From: Azolla caroliniana
Taxonomy: Eukaryota; Plantae; Polypodiophyta
Length of the DNA: 64,000 nt
Direction of reading: 5' to 3'
NCBI GenBank assembly: GCA_043228905.1
Contig: JBHGNT010000013.1
Location: 4,526,001 to 4,590,000, forward strand
Below, one piece after another: positions 47,730 to 61,000 of this stretch. A program made the position numbers and the translations under genes. Under the pieces are notes generated by a model that ran no database searches, was not told the origin of the DNA, and saw only the letters and a program-made list of their open reading frames with translations. The stretch's first letter is position 1, and each line of letters starts with the position of its first letter.

Positions 47730-49710
47730 GAAACTAAGCAAGGTGTGGTATGTTGATTCCGGAGCGTTGAATCATATGACGAGTCACGAGGAATGGTTCT
47801 CGTACTTGGAGAAACCGGAAAAGCAAGGAGTGGTCAAAACAGGAGACGACACTCCCCATACCATCGAACATGTCGGTGAAGTTCCCCTCAGCCACATCAG
47901 GCAGAAAGGGAAACTCATGAACGTGCAACACGTCCCAACAATAACCAAGAACCTAGTGTCGGTTGGTCAGATCGTTGACCAAGGGATGCAAGTTCGATTC
48001 ATGCACCTCGGGTGCTACATCGAAGAGGAAGGCCAAATTATTGCGCAAGGGCGCCGTGAAGGGAGGATGTTTATCCTCAACACCAATCAAGCCGGAACCG
48101 CATAGTTCGTGAAAGGACAAAAGGTCGAATCAGATATTGACCTATGTCATAAGTGGTTCGGTCATGTCAACTTTCCGCGACTTTGTGAAATGGAAATGAA
48201 GAATATTGTGTTTGGATTGCCGAAATTTCGTGGTCGGAATGGTCAAGTCTGTGAAGCCTGTCAACTCGGGAAGTAACACCGACTTCCGTTCCCCAAAGAG
48301 TGTAATTAGAGTGGAAATCCGCTCGACGTAATCCATTCGGATGTGTGGGGACTGGCACAGAACGTGAGCATTGGAGGAAGCCGTTACTTTGTAACCTTCA
48401 TCGATGACTTCACTCGGCACACCTAGGCGTGCTTGATTGCGAAAAAAGAGCAAAGTCTTTGCGGGGTTCCTGAAGGTGAAGAGCCTTGCGGAAAGGGAAA
48501 ATGGGCGTAAGATCAAGTGCCTATGGTCCGATGGCGGGAAGGAGTACTTCTCTGACCAATTCACAAGTTATCTACAGAAGGAAGGGATTTGACGTGAATT
48601 CTCGTGTAGATAGATGCCGCAACAGAACGGCGTGGCCGAGCGGAGGAATTGAACAATCGAAGAAGCTGCTAGGGAAATACTTGAAGAGAAGCATATGCCA
48701 AAGTTTTACTGGGTTGAAGCCGTAAGGATGGCTATTTACTTGCAGAATCAGACATCTGCCAATGGAGGAGTGTCGCCACCTGGGGTGTATTTCAGCAAAA
48801 AGCCAAACTTGGCGCACTTGAGGATTTTCGACAGCATTGCGTATGTACACGTGCCGAATGAGAAAAGAAGGAAGTTAGACGCGAAGGCCGAAAAGTACAT
48901 CTTGGTTGGCTACTCCGACGAATAGAAGGGTTAGAAGTGTTATAACCCCCGAACCAAACAAGCTCGCGTAAGTTGTGACGTTGTGTCCAATGAGTTCGCG
49001 TCGTGGTACTTGCCCTCGACTCCCATCCTTGACGACTCCATTCCGAATTCTGAAGAAGAGGTCAGTGAGGCGGAGATGCCTCTACGTAATGAGGAAGTTG
49101 GAACTCTGAGAGAGAGTCTAATCTCATTTCGGCTAAGTGGGCCGAATGAGCGACTGAGTCAGCATGACCAGTCAAACGTAGAGTCGGCGAGTAGTGGAGA
49201 CTCTGTTGTGCACTCCCCGCGTAAGGAATTGAGAAGACGGTTTATGCGTAAAGAAAACGGGAAGAAGAAGATGCTAGAGTATGAGTTCGGTAGTGCCGAG
49301 TCAGATCGGAGTGAATATGACTTGGGGACAATCGAAAAGGGACCTCCACGGAAGAGGTCAAAATTGGCCGAAGAGGCCTTGAAATCAGCTAATCACGAAT
49401 TACGTCGATCTACCCATCTAAAGAACCCCGTAAAGAGATATGGGTATAATGAGTACATGTCGCACCATTATGCGTACATGATGAGAGTGGCGGAAATGCG
49501 TGAGCCGGAGAGCTACACAGAAGTAGCGAAAGACGCAAATTGGCTTGTCGCGATGGAAGAAGAGATGCGTGCTTTAACGGATAATGAGACTTGGGACCTT
49601 GTTAACGCACCTAAAGGTGTAAAGTCGATTAGATGCAGATGGGTGTATAAGGTAAAATACAACACCGATGGCTCCATCAATCGATATAAGGCCCGTTTGG
49701 TTGCGAAAGG
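47730..49710 (+). pseudogene. Copia F, part 2: PR-INT-start of RT
   Basis: Contains WYVDSGALNHM, VTFIDDF, AYVHVP..KLDAKAEK and WVYKVKY..RYKARLVAKG. Confidence 0.9.
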
Positions 49711-52700
49711 TGAAGGCAACACAAAGATTAGGGTTTAGGTCAAAACCAAAGAGGGAGAGAGTTTGATTGAGAGACAAAGGGGGAGAGAGATGCACGTTGT
49801 CTTGGGTACTAAGAGTGTACCTCGTTTTTTATTTTTGGATATTATGTATATACAAGTCGAAAGAGTGCTATGAGTGCATTCACACTCGTGCACTAATAAA
49901 AGGCACGATGGCCCTTTATTCCCAACAACCTCCCACCTAAATGCAATGTGCCATGAGAAGAATAAAAGAAAGAAAGCCAGTTATGTCCAACTATGTACAA
50001 AGCTGAACTACATACATCTATCCAACTCCCATCATCTGTCGGCAATGAGTTGGCGCTCAGCTAGAAGACCCTTCGTGAGAAGAAATGTAGGATTAATATT
50101 TGTATGTACTTTGACAAGCTCAATGTTCTTGTTGTCAAGTACATCTTTGATGAAGTGATACTTCATCTCAATGTGCTTCGTCTTTGCATGAAAGACGGGT
50201 TTCCGAACTAGCTTGATAGCACCCTGGCTGTCACAATGAAGAATAGGTAACTCTGTAATGCCAAGATCTCTCACTATATATGAAAGCCATAAAGCATCTT
50301 TGCATGCCTCAGTGGCCGCAACATACTCTGCCTCTATAGTAGACAATGAAACACACTTCTGTAGTCTAGAGATCCAAGAGACCGCTCCTCCTGTGAAAGT
50401 AAACACATACCCAGAAGTAGACTTCTTGTAGTCTGCGTGACCAGCATGGTCCGCATCCGTAAAACCAACAATAGATTCCTTTTGATTTCCAAAGAAAATG
50501 CCCAAGTCCTTTGTGCCTTTGAGGTATCTCATAATACCTTTCACCGCTTCCCAATGCTTTTTTCCGGGATTTGCCATATACCTACAACCCACTCCCACTG
50601 CAAAGGCAATATTAGGGTGTGTAACAACCATCACATATATCAAACTACCAACAGTTGAAACATATGGAACCTTAGCCATTTCAGCCTTCTCATCATCAGA
50701 TGTAGCGTTGTCTTCTGCACTGAGTTTCAAATATGGAGGCAATGGAACCCCAATTGTTTTCCCCCCCTCCATATTGAAACCCTACAAAACCTTAGAGATA
50801 TACTCCTGCTGAGATAGAAAGAGTACCCCTTTCGATCGGTTTCGTAGTATTCGCATGCCAAGGATGTGATTTGCATCACCAAGATCCTTCATATCTAAGC
50901 TGCCATGAAGTCTTTGCTTCAATGAATCCAAGGCATGAATATCCTTGCCAGCAATCAACATATCATCAACATACAAAAACAAGATAATTAGGCTGCCATC
51001 TCCTACCTTCTTGGTGTACAAGCAGTGGTCCACTTGTCTTCCACAGAAACCTTGAGACTGCATAAATGCTTCAAATTTATGATACCATTCTCTCGGTGCT
51101 TGTTTCAACCCATACAAACTCCTTTTGAGCATACAAACCATCTTCTCTTTGCCTTTAGCCACAAAACCTTCAGGGTGCAGCATATATATGTCTTCATGTA
51201 GATCGCCATGTAAAAAGACGGTCTTCACATCCATCTATATGAGCTCCATATCTTCAACTGCAACTAAGCTCAAAATGATTCTTAATGTAGTCATCTTGAC
51301 TACAGGTGAGAAGATCTCATCAAAATCAACTCCATATTCTTGCTGGTATCCTTTTGCAACCAATCTTGCTTTCACTTTGGCGAGGAATCAGAAATAACCT
51401 TCATTTTATAAACCCATTTGCATGTAAGTGTTTTCTACCCTTTAAGTAACTGCACCAAATCCCAAGTGTCATTTTTCTTAAGAGATTCCATTTCTGACAC
51501 CATGGCGTTATACCATTTCTTATTGTCCTGTCTGTCCATTGCTTCCTTGAAGCAAGTTAGTTCGCAACAATCAGTTACCATGACATAATCAGCCACATTG
51601 TTTGCATCACCAAATCTATCAGGCCTTCTAGTAACTCTAGACGATCTCCTAAACCAATGCTCATTTTTTGGTAGCTGTTCAACCTGCAAATCATCATTTT
51701 CAACTTGCAGTCCAAGCATTTTAGCCTGCAAATCAGCATTAATAGCTTGTTGTTCTAGCCGTTCCTGCACATTTGGTGGCTTATCATTATTGGCAAAGGC
51801 TGGCTGATCATTTCCAACCTCATTTTCTACATTTGTAGGTAAGATTACAACAGGTGTTTGTTGTTGTACAACGGGCACATTTTTCTGTCTAAAAAGTATT
51901 TCTTCTTGGAATACAACCCTTCGTACTTCCACGGTCTTTTCGGGTTGTTTATGCATGTGATTTTCCTAGAAGATAACATCATTGTTGCGTGCTATTTTTC
52001 TTTTCTCGGGATCCCACAATCGATACCCCATTTCTGACGGGAACCCAACGTTCTTTATGCGCAAGGCTCGGCCACAACCGAGCTTAGATTGATACACAGA
52101 AAACGGGAAATAAAACGCGACACAAAGAAGGAGAGAATACACAGGAGGTTTACGTGGAAAACCCAAAGAGGGAAAAACCACGACAGCCCACATGCTGCAA
52201 ACTGTCACTATGTGAGAATGTACAATAGTGAGTTCACTGAGGCAACGACCTCGTGCTCACTGATCTTCGCCACACGCGGCGGTTACAACAGAGGCAACGA
52301 ATGTGCACAAAAGCCTCACAGCCAAACACTCTCAAGTGAGCATATGAAGGTGGCTTGCCCGACCACGCTTCTTGGGGTATTCCCCCTCCCAAAGACCTGT
52401 TAGGTGATCGATTAATGAAGTGAACAACTGTCATAACAACCTTTGCCCAAAAACCATGGGGTAACGCAACATGAGACAACATAGTACGGACCTTATCTAA
52501 AATGGTCCGATTCATATGCTCTGCAACTCCATTTTGGGGTTGATTATAAGGGGCAATGAGTTCACTCTTTATCCCTTTGCTGTCACAAAATGCTTGAAAG
52601 GCCTTGGACACATATTCCCCACCATTGTCAGAGTGAAGACACTTAAGTGTCTTATCAATTTGCTTAACAAGTAATGCCAAAAATGTTCAAAACTTGTCGA

Positions 52701-54702
52701 GCACTTCATCCTTGCTACGAATAGGGTAAACCCATACCTTCCGTGTAGCATCATCAACAAAAGTAGCTAAGTATTTCTTTCCTCCTAATGATAGCCGTGG
52801 CATCTGACATACATCTGAATGTACTAACCTAGCGAAAGAGACTTTTTATGAGGTGTTTGTACATGTTTACCATAAATGCAATGGTCATAATGTTCAAAAT
52901 CAGCATAACGAAGACATGGCAAGTAACCCAAACGAGACGATACTTTGATAATAGTTTCACTCATGTGTCCCAACTGGCCATGCCACAAAGAAATACTAGG
53001 CTGCTCGGTTATGGCAACAACATGGTCACTCACACTAGATACATGGAGAGGATACAAAGTATCACTTTTACTACCCTTGGCAATAACTCTAGATCCCTTA
53101 CAAATCTTCCATTTCCCATCACCAAAGGTTGTGTGAAATCCATCATCATCTAGTTGTCCTGTGCTAATCAAGCTCTTCTTGAGCTAAGGTACGTGCCATA
53201 CATGCTGAAGTGTGAAAGCAGAACCATGTTGAAACTGTAATTGTAGAGTGCTAATACCTGCAATTTCACATGCATAGTTGTCCCCAAGATGGACAACACC
53301 ATGTCGACCCCATGTGTAATCTGAAAACCACTCACGATGAGGGGCGACGTGAAAAGAAGCCCTAGGTTCGAGTATCCAAGTGTGCATGTCACCATCCATA
53401 TCTGCAAGTAAAGCATGTTCTCTATGGCATGATGAAACAAAGAGTACATCATTTCCACTATCACTATCATGAGTGACTACATTCACCTCTTCAATTTTAG
53501 TATTGCCTTTTTTCTATTGAATGTCTCTCTTTTCTGCTATGAAATCATCTATCTTCTTGCCCTTTCCTTTCTCTTTCTTCCATTTGAAACAATCACATTT
53601 AAAGTGACCCTTTTTGCCACAGTGATGGCATTCTACATCTATACCACATGATTTACTACGGCCATAACTATTCGATTTTCCTCTCTGTTGTGACCTACCC
53701 CTCATATCCAACGCACTAGAGGACTTATTGGATGCATTGTTTTGCTGACTCATCTCTTCCATGAGTAGAGAACTCTCTACATTGACATAAAGAAGCATCG
53801 CATTTGAATTGCTCATTGCAATCCTGAAAGTATCCCAACTTTCTGGCAATGTGCAAAGTAAAAACATGGCCTTAAACTCATCATCAATGATAAATTTCAA
53901 GGCAACCAACTGGCTGAAAATGGAATTGAACTCACTCAGGTGAGTTCACATGAGTGTACCCTCTGTCATGCGCAAATCCATAAGTTTCTTCAGCCAATAA
54001 ACTTTGCTAGTTGCCATCTCTGGGCATACAATTCCTCTAGTCTAGTCCATATAGAATAGGCACAATCCAAACCTTCAATATTAAACAACAAGGCATCAAA
54101 AATCGACAACTCAATAGTCGAGTGTGCAAGCTTGTTAAACTCTTGCCAATCATCTTCGTCCAAATCTGTAGGCTTTACCCCTTTGACTTTAATAGGCTTT
54201 GCATGCTTCTTCTGCAGCGGGATGTTGTAGCACTGCTTTTTCCAAACCACAAAGTTAAAGGCACCCTCAAGCTTCTTTATGTGCATAAGGTGGCTACTTT
54301 CACCATTGCTAGTCATGATTTCTGAACCGAAATAGAGGACCAAACCTAGACTGCAAAAAATGTGACCTGCTCTGTAGAAAACCCTCAACTCTGCTTTGTA
54401 GAAAACTCTAAACTCTACTCTACAAAAAACCTTAAACTCTGCTTTGTAGAAAACCCTAAACCCAGCTCTAATACCAGTTTGAAGGCAGCACGAAGATTAG
54501 GGTTTAGGTCAAAAACAGAGAGGGAGAGAGTCTGAGTGAGAGACAAATAGAGAGAGAGAGAGAAGCACGATGTCTTGGGTACTAAGAGTGTACCTCTTTT
54601 TTTTTGTTTTTAGATATTATGTATATACAAGTCAAAAGAGTGCTACGAGTGCGTTCATAGTTGTGCACTAATAAAAGGCACGATGGCCCTTTATTCCCAG
54701 CA
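49711..54702 (-). mobile_element. Ty1/Copia element G (degenerate, short LTRs)
   Basis: LTRs at 49711-49927 and 54480-54702. TSD AAAGG (49706-49710 / 54703-54707). PBS TGGTATTAGAGC at 54465-54476. PPT-like AGGTGGGAGG. Fragmented gag-pol (CHHCGKKGHFKCDC, SDNGGEY, LYVDDML). Confidence 0.93.
52035..52298 (-). repeat. Truncated C-family LTR fragment (H) inside the integrase of G
   Basis: Starts with TG and shares CTCGGCCACAACCGAG, GTGGAAAACCC..GGGAAAAACCACG and GGCAACGACCT with the C LTR. The G integrase segment between AFVHI and EMGYRLW is lost. Confidence 0.75.
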
Positions 54703-54707
54703 AAAGG

Positions 54708-55172
54708 CTACGCGCATAAGCACGACGTAGATTACGACGAGACGTTCGCGCCGGTCACGAAGATGACCACGGTATGTGTTCTGCTAGCCGTAGTAGCGGT
54801 GAAGGGTGGAACTTACATCAGATGGATGTAAATAATGTGTTCCTGCAAGGCGATCTTGAGGAATAGGTGTACATGGTATAGTCCCCCGGATTTCTATCCG
54901 AACAGAACACTTCGGCGGTCTGCCAATTGAAGAAGGCGTTATACGGACATAAACAAACCCCGCGAGCTTGGAATGTGAAGATTACGCAACAATTGCGTAG
55001 AATGGGGTTTACGATGTCCAAATCGGACTCTTCGTTGTTTGTTCGGCAAGGTCGACATGGACCGGTTTGTCTTTTACTTTATGGCGATGATTTAGTCATC
55101 GTCAGTGCCAACTTGGAAAAAATCGTCCGCGTAAAGTCTCAGCTTGCGGCATCGTTCGAAATGAAGGATCTT
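54708..55172 (+). pseudogene. Copia F, part 3: RT, truncated at EMKDL
   Basis: Contains DYDETFAPV, KKALYGHKQTPRAW and LLYGDDL. Confidence 0.85.
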
Positions 55173-56999
55173 GCTAGACCAATACTTAGAAGAGAATCCC
55201 AAGATAGTACCGTTCTTTGAAATCGACATAGTAGAGGGAGTCACGTCATATGTAACTAACCGGGAGGAGGATACCTACGAGCCAGATCAGGAGGATATCT
55301 GGCCATTCCACAACGTGTAAAAGCATCAATGTTGGAGGAAGTCAATCTCAGCACGATCAAGGAACCACAATTGGTAAATGTGGTAAAGGAGATGCCACCA
55401 GAAGAGAAGACGACAATGGTCGGATTGCTGAAAGAATTTAAAGATGTATTCGCCTGGTCGTACGAGGATATGAGGGGGTTGGATCTGAAATTCTATCAGC
55501 ACCAGATACACCTCATTAAGCATGCTTTCGGGTCACCAACAGGGTGTTTTTGGGCCACATTGTGATTAAGGAAGGGATCGTTGTCGATTAAGACAAAGTG
55601 AAGACGATCTTGCAAGCAATGGCACTGACAAATGCGAAGGCATTAAGTCATTTTCTTGGCCAAATCCAGTGGCATAGCCGGATGCTCTGGTACTTAACAA
55701 ACTTTGCCACACTACTACATGCCACAGTGCTCTGATTGCCGTTTTAGTGGCAGAAACATGAGGACAAGATGTACCAAGCGTTGAAGGTGATGTTATCCAA
55801 AGCCCCGATAGTACAGCCACCCAACTAGATGAAGGATTTCCACGTGTTTGTCGATGTGTGAGATGTGGCAATCAGGAGTGTATTGATGCAGCTAACGAAT
55901 CCAAAATGGTACCGACTGGTGTACCACGCAAGCTGAAGCTCTCGAAGGCCAAAAGGAATTATTCAAAGATAGAACAAGAAGCACTTAGAATGGTGTATAG
56001 CGTGACTAAGTACTCACACTATTTCTTAGGATGGAAGTTTTCCTTCCACGTCGACCATTCGGCGATAGTATATCTGGTGTCCAAAGCTTCACTAACATGT
56101 AAACTAGCTAGATGGACCTAAGCCTGGAGTTCAACACGTCGTAATGGATTACCTAAGCCGGTTCGAGTTCGGTGAATCCGATGACGAGGTCCGAGATGAA
56201 TTTCCAGATGCTCAATTGTTTAAAATCATTGTTGAAGCGGTAGCAGATGAGTCGGTACTGATGGAAGACAAATGCATAATAGAGATGCACCAATTTTTAG
56301 GTAGCGGACTACCACCGGACGAAGAGAAGCAGTTGGCAGTGTAGAGCAAAAATTTCTGCCTATTACAGGACACACTATACCATAAAGGATCCGATCAAAT
56401 ATGGAGAAGAGCGGTCGAAAAGGCGGTAGTACTCCGGGAAGCACATTGCGGAGTAGTTGGCGGGCATTACGTCAAAGAAGCAATGTATCAGAAAATTTGG
56501 TGCAGCAGCTTGTGGTGGCCGACCACATTGAAAGACTCTATCCGATACTATAGAGAGTGTGATTTGTACATAAGAATGGGCCAATCGACAAAGCAGGCAC
56601 GGATGCTACACCAGTCGGTATTACTATGGGAATCATTTCAGAAATGGGGGTTAGATTTGTAGGACCCTTTAAGCCGACAACAACACATACCGGAAACAGG
56701 TATATCATAGTGGCGACGGGCTATTGTATGAAATAAGTCGAGGCAAAGGCATTACAGTACAATTCCATGGCATCGACGACAAAAATTTATCTACGAATGT
56801 ATATGGTGCCGATTCGGATGTCTGATCCAACTTATCAATGACCAAGGCGGCTACTTCATCGGTCAGGTAGTGGAAAGTTTGATGGTATTTTATGTCGTAG
56901 TTCACAAGGAAAGCACGTCGTATTACCCACAAGCAAACGGATTAGTGGAATCGATGAACAAGAAGATAGTAAATGAAAACCGAATCGATTGGGACACGT
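55173..56999 (+). pseudogene. Gypsy I pol remnant (A/B-related), deleted and degenerate; resumes at ~62673-62880
   Basis: Contains LEEVNL..FKDVFAWSYEDMRGLD, RNYSKIEQEAL, FHVDHSA and NENRIDWDT. After 62672: MQMELE..KKAFVD and FRWMEPYWIT. Confidence 0.82.
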
Positions 57000-57955
57000 T
57001 GTTGTGAGGATTCACGACCACTGTGCGAAAACCGGGGTTGTTGGTAATATCGGCAGAGTGCACCGCGTGCACTCACTCTTGTAAATGATGTACAAAGATA
57101 GGGGTGTCTTTAAGGCGCCGAATAAGAGTTGAATCGGGAAAGAGTATCCAATGTAATAAGGGATTTATCCCGCATTGTAACGTCCTTCCCTCATTGGACT
57201 ATAAAAGGAAGGGGGGTTCCCCATTTTGAGTTAGGAGGGTATACCACTTAGGTCCAAGGTATGTTAGTTTCTGTTCTTCTTACTTTCTTTACAGTTTCTT
57301 TGAGGTCTTCTTATTGGTGTCTGTTTACGGTTTAGTTTGGTAACTATGAGCACGCATGTCCTAAGGGGATTTCACTTCCGCTCTGTCTCCTGTTGTAACC
57401 CAATCTACCTTAGTCTGGCTCGAAGCCGCATTTGTATTTCATTGACTTGTATGAATATATATATATAAACTTTTGTGTGTCTTTTCTGTGCAAAGCGTTG
57501 GTGTTTTGTTCATGTTCACGGGTGCGTGTGTCGGGTGTTTTTGAGTGTCAGGTCTTGGAGCGCTATCCCGGGCCCCTCTTTGATTGTGTTCGGCTCGGCG
57601 TGTCGGGGTTTTGCTCTACCCAGTGTGTGTGTATGTGTGTGTGTGTGTGCATGCGACCACGGTGAACCAGAACCTTATTATATATATACTTAAGTTTATT
57701 AGGCCCTGTATAAATACGGCTACGAAGGGCCAGCGGGTGTGGGTATGCGCATGCTCTCCCTCTACGCATTTCGGTCGTATTCCGGCATGTGTGTGGATCG
57801 GTTGTCTCCAGGTCGCATCCGAAACCACTCCGATCGGTGTCTCGACGGCATATCCGGCTCCAAAGAACTTGACCTTCTGGAAACCCATCTCTCCCCGGTC
57901 CAAGACCCCGGTGGTCTCGCCTGGATCCGACACGCACACGCGGATTTCCGCGACA
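57000..57955 (+). repeat. Probable solo or orphan LTR (J)
   Basis: TGTTGTG...CGCGACA termini, ACGT on both flanks, TATAAAAGG at ~57200 and (TG)n tracts. No partner copy in the window. Confidence 0.5.
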
Positions 57956-58024
57956 ACGTGAACGACTAAGTGAGCACGAGTCGAGTCGGAACGGCTCCGG
58001 CTGGGAAGCTGTGGGAACTCGATG

Positions 58025-61000
58025 AGCACTATGCCGACTGAAAGATAAAGATGGAGAACCTTCTCATAGTCAAAAACTTGTACGAGCCAATCGATAGAGC
58101 AGAAATACCCATGGGGGTATTAGAGTCGGAATGGAAACTTCTTAATAGGAAGGCGGTGGCCACCATTTGATGGTGCCTTGATGTGAGTGTCCTTTAGCAT
58201 GTGACGAATGACACGAATGGCCACAAGATGTGGGAGAAGCTATCAGGTCTATACGAGAGGAAGAACGCCCTCAATAAAACCTCATAGATGAGAAATATCG
58301 TATGGCTGAAATAAAGAGACGGTGAGAACATCGTTGAACACATGGGCACATTCATGGGGTATGTAAATCAACTTGCCACGATCAAGTTTCCCCTTGATGA
58401 TGCTATGCAAGCCATCCTACTGATGTGCACATTGCCGGATAGCTGGGAGAACCTGATGGTTACTCTCAGCACCTCCTGTCAAGAAGAGAACTTGTCTTTA
58501 CAATCGGTGAAGACAAGCATCCTGAATGAGGAAGTGAGAAGGAAGGACAAGGGTGTCCTAGTCCAGTTGGAGTCAAATTTGACTCAACACATTGGCAAAG
58601 GAAGGAACCTGCAAAGAAGTCCATCAAGGAGAGAAAAGTCTCAAGCCAGGTTGAAGTTCAGAGGAAATCTCGTGTGCTTTTATTGTGGAAAGCCTGGACA
58701 TTTCTAAAAGGATTGCCGACAACTTAAAAGGGAAAGGAGTGTCGGTAATAATGTTGAACCCAGGAAGATTCTTGAAGAAAAGTAAACTTCATCCATTTCT
58801 ATGAGCAATGAAGAACTTTTGTTCATTTGTGAACAGACAAGTGCAAATCTTGCAAGCGAAGAATGCACTTGGATGATTGACTCCGGTCCGTCTTCTCACA
58901 TAACTCTGTCAAGATAGTATTTCTCTACTTACATAGCCAATGAGCATGGTTATGTAAAGATAGGTGATAGTGGGGAGTGCAAGATAGAAGAAATCGGAAG
59001 TGTCTATTTGACAACGTCGATAGGGTGTCGACTAACTCTGAAGGATGTTCGACACGTCCCTGATATTAGATTGAATTTGATATCGATTGGAAGACTAGAT
59101 GATGAAGGCTACAATGGTAGTTTTCATAATGGCAAGTGAAAATTCTGCCGTGCAAACCTCATAGTGGCCCGAGCATAAAATGAGGGCATATTTTTACTAT
59201 GATGCATGCCCGATTGTGCAAGTCGGAAGAGAATGTGGCAGCGGACTCGAGTGGAGAGTTATGGCATAAGAGGCTCGGCCACATGAGTGAGAAGGGTCTG
59301 CATCTGTTAGCCGACCAGAAACCTCTACCAGAGGTAAAGGGACTGCACCGGGAGAAGTGCGTCGATTGCTTAGTTGGAAAGCTGAACAGAGTAGATATTC
59401 CACTCAAGACCACCAAGAAGAAGAGAAGCTGCACTGGAACTAGTACACAATGATGTGTGTTATATAGATGCTCCATCGCATCGAAGTGGACCATACTTTG
59501 TCATGTTTATTGGCGACTATAGTTGGAAGACATGGGCCTTTGTACTGAGTTTGAAGGATCACGTACTATTGTTCTTCAAGGAGTTCCAAGCAAGAGCTGA
59601 ACCTGATTAGGGTCAGAAGTTGAAGGTTGTCCGAACAGACAATGGTGGTGAATATAAAGGGCAATTCGAGGAATACTGTAAGGCCCAAGGTATTCGAATT
59701 GAATACACAATGCCAAAGACCCTTGAGTTGAACGGGCTTGCAGAGAGGATGAATCGAACAATCATGGAGAGAGTTAGGAGCATGTGGTCGCATGATAAAC
59801 TGCTGAAAATATACTAGGCTAAGGCGATGTACACGGTTGTCTATCTGATCAACGGGTCTCCCTCAGTACCACGGAAAGACGATGTCCCACAACGGGTGTG
59901 GATAGGAAAGGATGTCTCCTATCGACACCTGAGGGTGTTTGGATGCTTAGTGTATATGCATGTGGTTAAAGATCAGAGGTTGAAGCTCGATAGTAAGTCG
60001 AAACCATGAATATTTATGGGATACTTGTAGGAAGAGTTCTCAGGATGTAGTCTCCTTGGAAGACAAGACGATTGAGGTCTTGAAGCAATAGAAGTAGGAA
60101 TCAACTCCCCAAACGACTCCCACTACCACCCACTTAAGGCCAAGTGAACTGACACAATCGGCTATTCGGAGACAGCCAGTCGGCACAACTGAATCTGAGT
60201 CGGTTGTCTCAGAGAGACTGACTATGAGTTTGAGTCGGCAGAGCTATTAAGATCGATCAAGGAATACGAGTTGGATTCGTCCAACCTTGCAAGCGGATTG
60301 ACATACATGAACTTGAGCCAAGAGCAGAGTCAGTAGAGACATCCGAACGAGAGTCGACAACGACTGGAAGGAGATACCCACTCAATGACAGGAGAGCACG
60401 GACGACATATGCTAGTCAATACATCCTTTTGACTGATGAAAGGAGCCAAAGTACTATGATGAAGCCATTACCGACAAGCACAAGGAGAAATGGCTGAGCA
60501 CGATGCAAGATGAGATGGATTCCTTGCACAAGAATTATACCTACCACCTAGTAGAGCTCCCGAAAGGTAAGAGAGCAGTTAGGAATAAATGGGTCTAAAA
60601 AGTGAAGACTGGACAAGTCGAAAATGCACCCAGGTATAAAGCCAACATTGTGGTGAAGGGTTTCCAGCAAAAAAAGGGCGTCGACATCGACGAAATAGCT
60701 GCCACTATGGACCTAGAGATCGAACAATTGGATGTCAAGACAACATTCTAGCATGGGGAGTTGGATGAAGAGATCTACATGCAGTAGCCCAAAGGCTTTG
60801 TGGAGAAAGGGAAAGAGAACCTAGGGTGTCGATTGAAGAAAAGCTTGTATGGGTTGAAACAAGCTCCACGCGAATGGTACTTGAAGTTCAAATCCTTCAT
60901 GACGGAACATCGATTCTAGAAAACATAGGTTGATCACTATGCATTCGTCAAAAGGTATGATGAAGGTGACTTCTTGATTCTCTTATTATATGTAGACGAC

